From: a virus
Lineage: Duplodnaviria > Caudoviricetes
Length of the DNA stretch: 64,000 nucleotides
Strand: one strand, 5' to 3'
Virus record (IMG/VR): IMGVR_UViG_3300032219_001723
Coordinates: 7,139 to 71,138 of that record
Below the pieces are notes generated by a model. That model did not search any database, was not told the origin of the DNA, and saw only the letters and a program-made list of their open reading frames with translations. A program made the translations under genes and the position numbers. Every line of letters begins with the position of its first letter. The stretch's first letter is position 1. This document shows, one piece after another, positions 55,416-64,000 of this stretch.

Positions 55416-56423
55416 TTAGTTTAATGTTTCCTTCTCTTCTTTCAAATCAAAATCACCTTCAGAACCGATAACGTCCTTCCAATACTCAGCATACTCCTTC
55501 TTGTATCTTTCAACGGATGCCTTTTCTTCAGTACTATCCTTACCTGATAAAAATCCGTGTGGTGTAACGATAATCTTACCGTCATCATAACCCAATCCAT
55601 TGATGTGGTTTTTCAATACAGAGATTTTACTACGAATTGCAAACTTAACAGTTCTCTTGTCTTTAGTTGCCGTAATCTTAGTAGTACCCGCACCTTTCTG
55701 ATTACCAAATAAGAACACCAATGATGAATTCAACCATACCGCATTACCACCTTTAGCCATAATCTTAGGTTGACCAAATGGATTGTCAGGTAATTCCACC
55801 CAAGGTTGGTTAACAATAACCAATGAATTTTGATATTTTGAATCAGTCTTTCTTGAACCTGAAATTTTTTGGTTAATACCCATACCAATTTTATCTGATA
55901 GAACCGAAGCGTTGTGTTGTTTACCACCCTTACCATCAAATGTCATTTTACAAGGTACAGAACCCACGGAATCCCACAAGAATAATAAATCATATTCAAT
56001 ATCACCTTTCTCTTGTGCATCTAACATCTCATTGATGTAATCGGTTATTTGTTCAATGTATTCAAAGTTATTGTTGAAGATGAAAAATCCGTCCCAATCA
56101 ACTTCACCAGTTTCCTCATCAACCACTTCTTCACATTCAAAACCCATCAAACGAGCATGTTCAAATGACCATTTCTGTTCGGTAATAATGAATACCGGAA
56201 GAATACCTTTTTTCTGAGCGTCAACCGCAGTCTTAACCAAAGCCGTTGTTTTACCTGTGTCAGAGTGACCCAAGAACATATTGATGTGACCCATAGCAGG
56301 GCCAGGAACACCAACAGCGTCCAAGAAATCTGAACCTAAATCAAAATAACTTTGAGTTTTGTACTTAGCTGACGTAGAAAATTTCTCTTTTACTTTTTTG
56401 AAATCTGCTTTCTTAATCGCCAT
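55416..56423 (-). CDS. recA: RecA/UvsX-like recombinase
   Basis: Walker A GHSDTGKTT and WDSVGS. Start reassigned to MAIKK at 56423 because the track's 56465 start lies inside a hairpin. Confidence 0.88.
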   Translation of the reverse strand: MAIKKADFKKVKEKFSTSAKYKTQSYFDLGSDFLDAVGVPGPAMGHINMFLGHSDTGKTTALVKTAVDAQKKGILPVFIITEQKWSFEHARLMGFECEEVVDEETGEVDWDGFFIFNNNFEYIEQITDYINEMLDAQEKGDIEYDLLFLWDSVGSVPCKMTFDGKGGKQHNASVLSDKIGMGINQKISGSRKTDSKYQNSLVIVNQPWVELPDNPFGQPKIMAKGGNAVWLNSSLVFLFGNQKGAGTTKITATKDKRTVKFAIRSKISVLKNHINGLGYDDGKIIVTPHGFLSGKDSTEEKASVERYKKEYAEYWKDVIGSEGDFDLKEEKETLN

Positions 56424-56452
56424 TTTTTCTTTTTTAATAATTAAACAAAATA

Positions 56453-56487
56453 AGCATGGACACATTGTCTGTACAAGTGTCCATGCT
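56453..56487 (-). terminator. Long hairpin between ssb and recA (terminator/attenuator or processing site)
   Basis: agcatggacac...gtgtccatgct 11 bp stem plus a 4 bp inner stem (ttgt/acaa), followed by TATTTTGTTT on the minus strand. Confidence 0.65.
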
Positions 56488-56495
56488 CCTTAACT

Positions 56496-57341
56496 TTAGA
56501 ACGGCATATCTCCGCTCGCTTCATCAAATGCTTGTGGATCAGAATATGATACCGATTTACCACCCATAGATGTTGTGGATTCAGTTGAATCACCATAAAC
56601 GTACTTACCCAAATCGTTATCCCAACGTGGAGTTTCTCCGTTTGCAATCGCCTCTAAATACTCAATTGGTTTCTTAGAGTAAACATTAGCCCAAGTTAAC
56701 TCGTCGTTTAACCACTCCTTAGCCATGTCAGCGTTCTCGTGAAGAAGTGCTGGATCATCATACATAATAGTTTGAACATTGGTATATTCCTTACCATTAC
56801 CTGTCTTAGCTTTGTTCATCTGAATGATCAAATCACGTCCCTTCTCAGGATCTGTAATATCACCCTTAGCTCTCCAAATAGGAATAATCTTATCCAAGAT
56901 ACCCTCATTCTTAAAGTTGTGTTTGAATCTCCAAAACTTAACACCATCTTCTTCGTGATCACGATCTACAACCTTAACGATGTAGAACTTACGTGAACGA
57001 TACTGTTTAGCCAACTCCTTATCGGAATCTTTACCCGTTGACATCAATTCTTCGTACAACTCGTTCAACGGAGAACGTTCGTTGTCGTTTTTACCCGGAT
57101 CAAAAAACTTCTGCCATTTTCCACCAACTTGGATTTCGTGGAACCATACCTCTTTAAAAGGTGTAGAACCATCAGGTGTTGGTAGAATACGGATTCTAGC
57201 TTGACCTTCTTTTGATTTTTCAGGAAGAAGACATGTGAAATACTTCTTCATTCGCTCTTCCTGTGACATCCCAGAACTAGAGGATGTGCCCGTTTGCGTG
57301 TTTTTTTCGTATTGTGACAATACTGCGTCTAATGAACTCAT
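56496..57341 (-). CDS. ssb: Single-stranded DNA-binding protein (T4 gp32-like)
   Basis: RIRILP...PFKEVWFH, KFYIVKVVDR, acidic tail ending DEASGDMPF; adjacent to recA. Confidence 0.8.
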   Translation of the reverse strand: MSSLDAVLSQYEKNTQTGTSSSSGMSQEERMKKYFTCLLPEKSKEGQARIRILPTPDGSTPFKEVWFHEIQVGGKWQKFFDPGKNDNERSPLNELYEELMSTGKDSDKELAKQYRSRKFYIVKVVDRDHEEDGVKFWRFKHNFKNEGILDKIIPIWRAKGDITDPEKGRDLIIQMNKAKTGNGKEYTNVQTIMYDDPALLHENADMAKEWLNDELTWANVYSKKPIEYLEAIANGETPRWDNDLGKYVYGDSTESTTSMGGKSVSYSDPQAFDEASGDMPF

Positions 57342-57366
57342 ATAAAAAAATTTAGTGTTTACAATT

Positions 57367-57397
57367 CAATAATAAAACAAAAATGGATATAGTCAAA
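57367..57397 (-). promoter_or_regulatory. Bacteroidota-type promoter upstream of ssb
   Basis: TTTG (57397-57394), 19 nt, TATTATTG: one mismatch to TAnnTTTG, same spacing as the primase promoter. Confidence 0.55.
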
Positions 57398-57399
57398 TT

Positions 57400-57422
57400 A
57401 AAAAAGGGATCCGAAGACCCCT
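57400..57422 (-). terminator. Intrinsic terminator with cUUCGg loop
   Basis: AGGGGTC-TTCG-GATCCCT followed by a U-run. Confidence 0.85.
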
Positions 57423-57427
57423 ATATT

Positions 57428-58057
57428 TTAACGATAAAATTCTTCTGTGTCAATTCCGTCGTTAAAACTATCTTTAACGTCGGATGCTGTGAAGTTATCA
57501 ACCTCATCAGAAGTTAATACATATTCTTTACCTGTCTTTTCAAAATCTTCTTCTTTATCTTCAAAAAAATCAGTGAGTTTTTGATTAAATGGGTAAGAAT
57601 CTAAACTTCTTAATTCTAATTTTTCTTCAGCTGTTTTTGGTCTATACTTCTCAATCTTAGCCTCCATAGAATTAAGTTTTTCAGAAATGTTATCCATTTC
57701 TGCCAACTTAGTTTGAAGTTGTTCTAATTGTTTAAATAAATTATCAAAATATTCTTCTTGTTTGGTTTCAATATTTTTTTGAGAATCTACTAAATCAGTA
57801 ATATCTAACTCTTCAGTTTCTTCGTTACCCTCACTATCTACTTTTTCAACCTCAGTATCTGTTTCAATATCAATAGGTTCTGCGGTAATTTCATCAGGTG
57901 CCGGTGTTTCAGGTTGTACCGGTTCTTGACCAGGTTCAGGGGTTAAAGGTGGTGCCGCTTCAGGTGCTGTTCCTCCAAGCGCTACCTGTTCTTGGATATA
58001 ATTGTTAATTCTATTATATCTACTAATTTCATGTAAAAGTTTTCTCTCTAAACTCAT
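57428..58057 (-). CDS. Acidic coiled-coil hypothetical protein
   Basis: 209 aa, Pro/Glu-rich linker then a heptad-rich helix. Confidence 0.65.
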   Translation of the reverse strand: MSLERKLLHEISRYNRINNYIQEQVALGGTAPEAAPPLTPEPGQEPVQPETPAPDEITAEPIDIETDTEVEKVDSEGNEETEELDITDLVDSQKNIETKQEEYFDNLFKQLEQLQTKLAEMDNISEKLNSMEAKIEKYRPKTAEEKLELRSLDSYPFNQKLTDFFEDKEEDFEKTGKEYVLTSDEVDNFTASDVKDSFNDGIDTEEFYR

Positions 58058-58060
58058 TGT

Positions 58061-58285
58061 TTAACCGTTTAATAATTGCTTTATCCCTGTAGCCGTTTCC
58101 ACAGTAACTTTTCTATTTAGTGATCGAGTGTTATCTACTCTTTCAATCAAACCATCTCTCATACTGATTTGGTAACAATCACCTGTATCCAAATCACAAA
58201 CTTCAGTATAACCATTACCAACATCTTTTGATGTTATTCTAGTATTTTTACCTAAGTAGTTATTTAATGTTTCTTGAATATTCAT
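58061..58285 (-). CDS. Small hypothetical protein
   Basis: 74 aa, A-rich leader, TATTTAT upstream. Confidence 0.65.
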   Translation of the reverse strand: MNIQETLNNYLGKNTRITSKDVGNGYTEVCDLDTGDCYQISMRDGLIERVDNTRSLNRKVTVETATGIKQLLNG

Positions 58286-58293
58286 ACTTTTTT

Positions 58294-58305
58294 TATTTAT
58301 AAATA
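58294..58305. promoter_or_regulatory. Palindrome TATTTATAAATA containing the recurrent motif on both strands
   Basis: Perfect 12 bp palindrome in a 28 nt intergenic gap. Confidence 0.4.
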
Positions 58306-58313
58306 TACTGATA

Positions 58314-61300
58314 TTACGAATTATTCAATGTTGAACTTGATAGACTTGGTAATAAATTTTGTTCTATGAGTTTATTTATTGCCTTTTCAATCAAAATTAA
58401 ATAAAATTGTTTGTCCTTATCACTTATTTTAGAATAAAAATCAATCCAACTATTATCGTTAGTAAATAATCCTCTATTCGGCCAATACCTCAATATCTTT
58501 TTAAGAATAATTTCAATGTTTGCACTTGTTTTATCTAAACTAAAGTCGTTGAGGTCGTTTGCCCAAAACTTGTTTATAAAGTTTATGTGTGTCTGAACAT
58601 CCGAAAACACCGCGAATGGGCTTATATTACCATTCTTATTTTTACTACAAAAATAGTTTTTCTTAAAGGAATCACTTAATGATCCCCCATAAGGAATATT
58701 CAAAGTAACCTTACCAAAATTATTATTTAATGTTGTTAAATTATTTATCGGTTCAGTGTTCTGTGTTAAATATAAAGTTGCTAATATCATTATTCTAGAT
58801 CTTTCAACTGTTGTTGTCTCACCAATGATCTTACACACCCCACTTAAACTAATTGTTGAATTAACAGATTCATCTAAACTTAGGTAGGTATTAAATCTAT
58901 TATCTAGTTTATCAATACATGATGAATCACTTTCAACTGTTAACGTATTATTACTCAATACACTTTTTGAAGTATTAGTAACATTGGTCGTCGTTGTTGT
59001 CTGTAAATTAGCGTCCGCCCTTTTTGTTTTTAATTCTGAAATAATTGACTTATAATAGGTCTCATTTATTGTCATTATTTGTTTGTCAGGAATTGGAAGT
59101 GCCGTAACCGGTAATCTAACACCATTAAACGTTGTTGAGAATACCCCATTAGCTTCAATACTGTGATTAACCTCTTGTATTTGATAAGCCCCATTAAACA
59201 TTGGGGTATGTTTCAAATTAAAATACATTGTTGGTTGGATCATTGCGTTACCAATAGATGTCACATCTACTGTGTATGATCTGTTTTTATATAAATTATA
59301 CAAAGATATTGATTGTGAATTAGATCTAACACCGCCAGCACCGTTAATCATATCAACAGTCGCCTTTATGGATTCAGCAGTACTCAATGATGAACCTTGC
59401 TTAATCGTCATACTCTTGAACATTCCTTGATTTCTTGTACCGAAATCAACGTTAAACCCAACAACTCTATTTGATGTCGCCCAATCCGTTTTGTTTTGTG
59501 TCTCAACAACTAAAGGATTATCCGTTGGTTCTTCAAAATCAAAACCATCATTACCAAATCTAACATCCTTATTATTTGACATATCAGGATTACTTGATGG
59601 TTTTCCCGCATAATGACAAATTATTTTAGGTCTTGACGCTCTATAATCAACATTAGTGTGAGTACCAAATAAGGTATCCGCAACATCATAAACGGTTTGT
59701 TGTTCAGGTAATTCATTTGGGTCTATATTACCTTTACCCCAAAAGTTGATATATGATCCCATCGGCATCATAACAAATTGGTTCTTTGATATTAAACTAC
59801 TAAATAAATCAATAACACGTCCTTTTGGATTAAGTGATTTTAATAATGTTAATAAACCAGATATATCAACTAAGATTAAATCACCAACGTCTCTACAAGC
59901 CCTGTCTATAAACAAAACATCTTGGAATATGGTTCTAGATTGGAAGTCAGTTCCGGCAATCCACTTATCATTTAACGTCTTAAAAGATTCCCAAAGTTCA
60001 ATTTTAACTACATTACTATCCGTAACAGTTCCTTTATTATTGTTATTAACTTCAGAAACCGTAGGTAACTCTTTTGAGATATTAGCAAAAAGTAATGACA
60101 TTATATCATTTGAAAAAGAGAAATTCTCACTATAAAACTCATTTAAGTCTGTTGTAAAGGTCTGTGGTGTATAAACCCCACTATTCAAACTTTTCTGTGT
60201 AGCATACACCTTAATAAGTGGTGCTAATAAATTAACATTTGTTTGAGTGAATTCAATATTGTTGTCAACAAAGAAATCAGTAATATATGATCCATTATTG
60301 GAATAAGATAATCCGTCAATTGATGAAAACCCTACACTTGTTCTCAACGCGTTCCAAGCATCCGGATAACTATCAATTGACCCTTGTAATGTCGTTGCTC
60401 CACCATTTGTTGGTAAACTATCAACACTATATGGGTTGAACGTATAACTATCAACAACCTTGTTAGTGATAAAGGACCCCCATAACTTTCTATCAAATTT
60501 ACCAGGATTACCTATCTTTAGGATTATTGATTTTTTTAAGAAACTGTTTAATATATTGAACTTAACACTACTTTGTTTTTGATATAAATTATTGATATAA
60601 TCACCATTGTTAAGTGATGAAAACTGATTTACAAACATCATATTTGAAAACATAGTTTGGAAATTACCATAATCTGATGTTATACTAGAATCAGTAATTG
60701 TGAAATCATCTTTTCTCTTACTAAAATTCAAAAATTCAGTTTCAAACCCATCTAAAATATCTTTAGTAAAAACTCCAAATATATCCTCAATTTTACTATA
60801 TGTTAATCCCAAGTTAACTTGTGATTGTTCATTTTTTGTCACCGTTATAGTTTTTAGATACTCATCATATGATGGTTTTACAATATTTTTAGTATTAAAA
60901 TAACCAAATGTTGGATCATCCAAGAACATCCTAACGGATCCATTAAACGTTGATTGTCCTGTGTATATGTCAGTTGATGTTACAACACCGGAATTTAATA
61001 AGTTTTCATAATCTGTTTCTGTCGCACCAAAAGATGGAAAAACTAAAATTTTATTATGGTTTGTTGTGGAAAACGCCGCGTTTTGATTTGTCTCCATAGT
61101 AACCGTAAATGTTTTAATATTTACACCACCATTAGTGTTAACATCAATATCTCTAACTTGAACTATGTTTTTAGTAACCGCACTAACATCGGAATTGGTA
61201 TATCCTGTCATTAGATTTAATCCTGTTGTAAACCAAGCAAAATTATTTAATACTTTAGGATAAAATCCAACTCTTAGTGTTTGTTGATTACCACCATCTG

Positions 61301-64000
61301 TTTTCAAAACAATTTTGAAATCAGTACTTTGGGTGTCATCAATCTTCCTAATGTCATAAGTTTTAGTACTTGAAGAGGTTACAGGATCGTAATACTCAAC
61401 AGCGTTAAAATCTTTCCATACACTATCTAAAATATCAACACCATCGTTGATATATTTTTTATATCTATACCATATTGATCCATATTTAAGTACCCAAGAA
61501 TACGGTACTCTATGTACCGCACCAAATTTGTTTAAGGTCGCAAAAATATAATTCTCATATTTTCCTGAATTATTTATTTTTTCACTTAAAGTTGATAACG
61601 GTAATGAGTTTAAGAAAAGATAAGCTGCCGTTGTGTAAGGGTTACTATTTCCTGATTTATCATTTTCAATACCTTCGTTAAGTGCATTTATAAAATATGG
61701 TGTGTTTACCATTGAGAAGTAGTTGGTCCCGTTCGTAACAATACTGTCAGCAGTTCCAACTGTAGCACCTAAAGAGGGTGTGGAACCCACCGATTGTGTT
61801 GTAAAATTATAATTCGTATAATAACCGATATTACTTTTTATATCTTGACTAGTTGTTATTTCACCAGTCATATTTGTAATATATTTTAACTGATTACTAT
61901 AGATCAGACTTGTGTTTGTTCTATTCGCATCTAAGAAATTAGTCACTGAATTACCATATGAAACATTTTTAGACAACCATTTATTATTAACAAATGGAAA
62001 TGTGTCTGAAATATTAGTAAAGTTACTCGAACTCCCACTCAAATAATTTTGTAGGTTTTTTGTACTATCATCCGACACTTGTAGTTTTGAAAACTCAGAT
62101 AATGAGTTAGTATTTAATATTGCCCAATCTTTATTTGTTTCAGTCTTTAATAAACTATTAGTGTAAATACCTCTAATAAAAAGTTGCCACGAAGGACCTA
62201 AACCCGAGTTTGAAATGTGTTGTAAAAAAGTAACAATGTTACCCGGTCTAAATGCATAATCCTTCAAAAGTTTCTGTAAGCTTGGATTATCAGCACCGAG
62301 TGATTGTATAATATTTCTTGTTTCAAAATCTGAAATTGATTTATAAACTGAGAAATTTTTACTACCGACATTACTTAATCTATCATAGAACGCCGCACTA
62401 AAAACTCTTTCATAGATTTCATAAAAAAATGAAACCTCATCTTTATTTGAGTAACTATTATTTGATGTTGGAAAATCAAACGCGTTTACCGATATTCTAT
62501 TTATCTGAGATGATTGTGCAACATTCTGTACAGTGTTGTCGTATTCATTTCTAGTACTTAATCCTTTAAGATATTCTTCAACGAACTCAACTTCAGGCCA
62601 TATATCATAACGATATGCCTTTGTTTTAGAAACAACACTACTATCAGCAGGATAGGTTAAGACAAATTTTTCACCTTTATCATCATTCTTTTCCACATAG
62701 TATTGTGGCCAAGGATATACTGGTATTTTTTCTTGAGTCCCACCAACGACATTATCTTTGGTTTCAGTACCAACCGCCGAGTTAGTATTATCTAAGATAC
62801 TCGCCTGTCTAATTTTATCATATCTCTTATCCCAAGCCGAGGTATGAACATCATCCATTAACATGAAGAACGCTTCTAAATGTGCAAATATAACCGCAGA
62901 TACATTTCTAATTGATGGTTTAAACCCTAAACCATTTTCACCCTCAATTTGTTGTTGTAAAAGTCTAGTAATCTCATTTTCAGCGATTGATCTAACCTCA
63001 TTAGCGTCTGAAATCATTATATTTGTTAAATCAATAAACTCATTCTGACCTTCAAAAACCCATGTTGTTTCAGGTACTTGTTCGTCACGATCATTAACAA
63101 TTATTCTAGACGTTATTAGTGATTTTTCATTCCTAAACGCCAATAATTCCGCAGTGGTAGGATTTCTTTTTAATCTCGTAAAAAGAGTTGCATTATCATC
63201 AATCTCCTCAGAATTAAACTCACCCTTAAAAATATTAAGTGTTATCTTATTATTTATTGTGGTTCTCTTATTTATCTTACCAACTTTTAGTCTTCCATTA
63301 TCACCGAGTGTTTTATTTTTAGATAAACTATTTCTGTATTTTTTAATGATTGAATCTAAATTATTTTCAGATTCAATTTTAGAATCAATTGAATTACGAT
63401 ACTCTTGTTTCAACAAAAACACTTTATCTTGACTATCTTTAAGGATGTAAAAATTAGTAGTGTCAATATACTTTTTATACCAAGAATTTTTAGTGTCGTA
63501 AAACACCTCCGACTGCATTTTTTTTACGGTCTCAACATATTCATCAACATCACTAAGTGATGACATATCTATCTTACCAAAATTTGTAGTTAAAACTTTT
63601 TGTAAATTTTCCAACTTTAATTTTAATTGTGAAAATGTAATATCAGGAAAATTTTCAGGTATAAGTTTTAATTCTCTGTATTTAGAATAAACTTGTTTAA
63701 GTTTATCAAATCCTTTAGATGAATTTAACGTCGTCACATTTTGAAATTCATCACCATTGGATATTAGAGATTGTTGAATTTGTGTTGTTTGTGATGGTGT
63801 TATTGTATATGTGGTGTTGTACATATATGGAAGAGCCAATAAATGTGATATCTGTGTTTCCGCCAAAATGGAATACTTGTATGAATAAAACTTTAATGAA
63901 ATATCATAGTTACCATTTGAGTTTAATGTACTTGTGAAATTTTGTAAAACCAATTCATACCTAATTGCTTTACCATAAAAACCTTTTAATGAGATCGGAA
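58314..64000 (-). CDS. Giant virion protein, probable baseplate hub/tail-associated; N-terminus beyond the window
   Basis: Frame is open to the edge (PISLKGFYGKAIRYELVLQNF...), >=1894 aa; hub-like GNAMIQPTMYF...NGAYQIQEVNHSI....FSTTFNGVR motif near the C-terminus. Confidence 0.6.
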   Translation of the reverse strand, partial: PISLKGFYGKAIRYELVLQNFTSTLNSNGNYDISLKFYSYKYSILAETQISHLLALPYMYNTTYTITPSQTTQIQQSLISNGDEFQNVTTLNSSKGFDKLKQVYSKYRELKLIPENFPDITFSQLKLKLENLQKVLTTNFGKIDMSSLSDVDEYVETVKKMQSEVFYDTKNSWYKKYIDTTNFYILKDSQDKVFLLKQEYRNSIDSKIESENNLDSIIKKYRNSLSKNKTLGDNGRLKVGKINKRTTINNKITLNIFKGEFNSEEIDDNATLFTRLKRNPTTAELLAFRNEKSLITSRIIVNDRDEQVPETTWVFEGQNEFIDLTNIMISDANEVRSIAENEITRLLQQQIEGENGLGFKPSIRNVSAVIFAHLEAFFMLMDDVHTSAWDKRYDKIRQASILDNTNSAVGTETKDNVVGGTQEKIPVYPWPQYYVEKNDDKGEKFVLTYPADSSVVSKTKAYRYDIWPEVEFVEEYLKGLSTRNEYDNTVQNVAQSSQINRISVNAFDFPTSNNSYSNKDEVSFFYEIYERVFSAAFYDRLSNVGSKNFSVYKSISDFETRNIIQSLGADNPSLQKLLKDYAFRPGNIVTFLQHISNSGLGPSWQLFIRGIYTNSLLKTETNKDWAILNTNSLSEFSKLQVSDDSTKNLQNYLSGSSSNFTNISDTFPFVNNKWLSKNVSYGNSVTNFLDANRTNTSLIYSNQLKYITNMTGEITTSQDIKSNIGYYTNYNFTTQSVGSTPSLGATVGTADSIVTNGTNYFSMVNTPYFINALNEGIENDKSGNSNPYTTAAYLFLNSLPLSTLSEKINNSGKYENYIFATLNKFGAVHRVPYSWVLKYGSIWYRYKKYINDGVDILDSVWKDFNAVEYYDPVTSSSTKTYDIRKIDDTQSTDFKIVLKTDGGNQQTLRVGFYPKVLNNFAWFTTGLNLMTGYTNSDVSAVTKNIVQVRDIDVNTNGGVNIKTFTVTMETNQNAAFSTTNHNKILVFPSFGATETDYENLLNSGVVTSTDIYTGQSTFNGSVRMFLDDPTFGYFNTKNIVKPSYDEYLKTITVTKNEQSQVNLGLTYSKIEDIFGVFTKDILDGFETEFLNFSKRKDDFTITDSSITSDYGNFQTMFSNMMFVNQFSSLNNGDYINNLYQKQSSVKFNILNSFLKKSIILKIGNPGKFDRKLWGSFITNKVVDSYTFNPYSVDSLPTNGGATTLQGSIDSYPDAWNALRTSVGFSSIDGLSYSNNGSYITDFFVDNNIEFTQTNVNLLAPLIKVYATQKSLNSGVYTPQTFTTDLNEFYSENFSFSNDIMSLLFANISKELPTVSEVNNNNKGTVTDSNVVKIELWESFKTLNDKWIAGTDFQSRTIFQDVLFIDRACRDVGDLILVDISGLLTLLKSLNPKGRVIDLFSSLISKNQFVMMPMGSYINFWGKGNIDPNELPEQQTVYDVADTLFGTHTNVDYRASRPKIICHYAGKPSSNPDMSNNKDVRFGNDGFDFEEPTDNPLVVETQNKTDWATSNRVVGFNVDFGTRNQGMFKSMTIKQGSSLSTAESIKATVDMINGAGGVRSNSQSISLYNLYKNRSYTVDVTSIGNAMIQPTMYFNLKHTPMFNGAYQIQEVNHSIEANGVFSTTFNGVRLPVTALPIPDKQIMTINETYYKSIISELKTKRADANLQTTTTTNVTNTSKSVLSNNTLTVESDSSCIDKLDNRFNTYLSLDESVNSTISLSGVCKIIGETTTVERSRIMILATLYLTQNTEPINNLTTLNNNFGKVTLNIPYGGSLSDSFKKNYFCSKNKNGNISPFAVFSDVQTHINFINKFWANDLNDFSLDKTSANIEIILKKILRYWPNRGLFTNDNSWIDFYSKISDKDKQFYLILIEKAINKLIEQNLLPSLSSSTLNNS

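Noticed and set aside
50648-56423. Inteins, introns or homing endonucleases in nrdJ, helicase or recA
   Set aside because: All are of ordinary length, with no splice motifs or LAGLIDADG/HNH insertions visible.
56424-56465. N-terminal extension of RecA (MCPCLFCL)
   Set aside because: It lies in the hairpin; an A-rich leader precedes MAIKK at 56423.

Overview
AT-rich 64 kb segment of a large myovirus-type dsDNA phage (Caudoviricetes). Every credible gene is on the minus strand, coding is very dense, and the standard code is used (mostly TAA stops, TGA in ATGA overlaps). A Bacteroidota host is inferred from TTTG-N19-TAnnTTTG promoters, A-rich leaders without Shine-Dalgarno sites, and captured flavobacterial surface-protein domains. 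Gene order in the direction of transcription (right to left): a giant (>=1894 aa, truncated) baseplate-hub-like protein, two hypotheticals, a replication/recombination block (SSB, RecA, 5'-3' exonuclease, DnaB-like helicase, class II B12-dependent RNR), gp25 and gp6-like baseplate wedge genes, conserved virion proteins, a ~31 kb appendage cluster (4004-35510), then RuvC, DnaG primase and a truncated PD-(D/E)XK nuclease. The appendage cluster is the most unusual part. Nine of its 13 genes carry mucin-like Pro/Thr stalks, and a small set of modules is shuffled across the genes: Cys-rich CC..C..CxxC..C domains, two families of paralogous end domains, an Ig-like cap, SprB repeats, beta-propellers and a glycoside-hydrolase-like barrel. 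No reverse transcriptase, CRISPR array, tRNA, intein or integrase was seen. All domain assignments are by motif recognition, without database searches.
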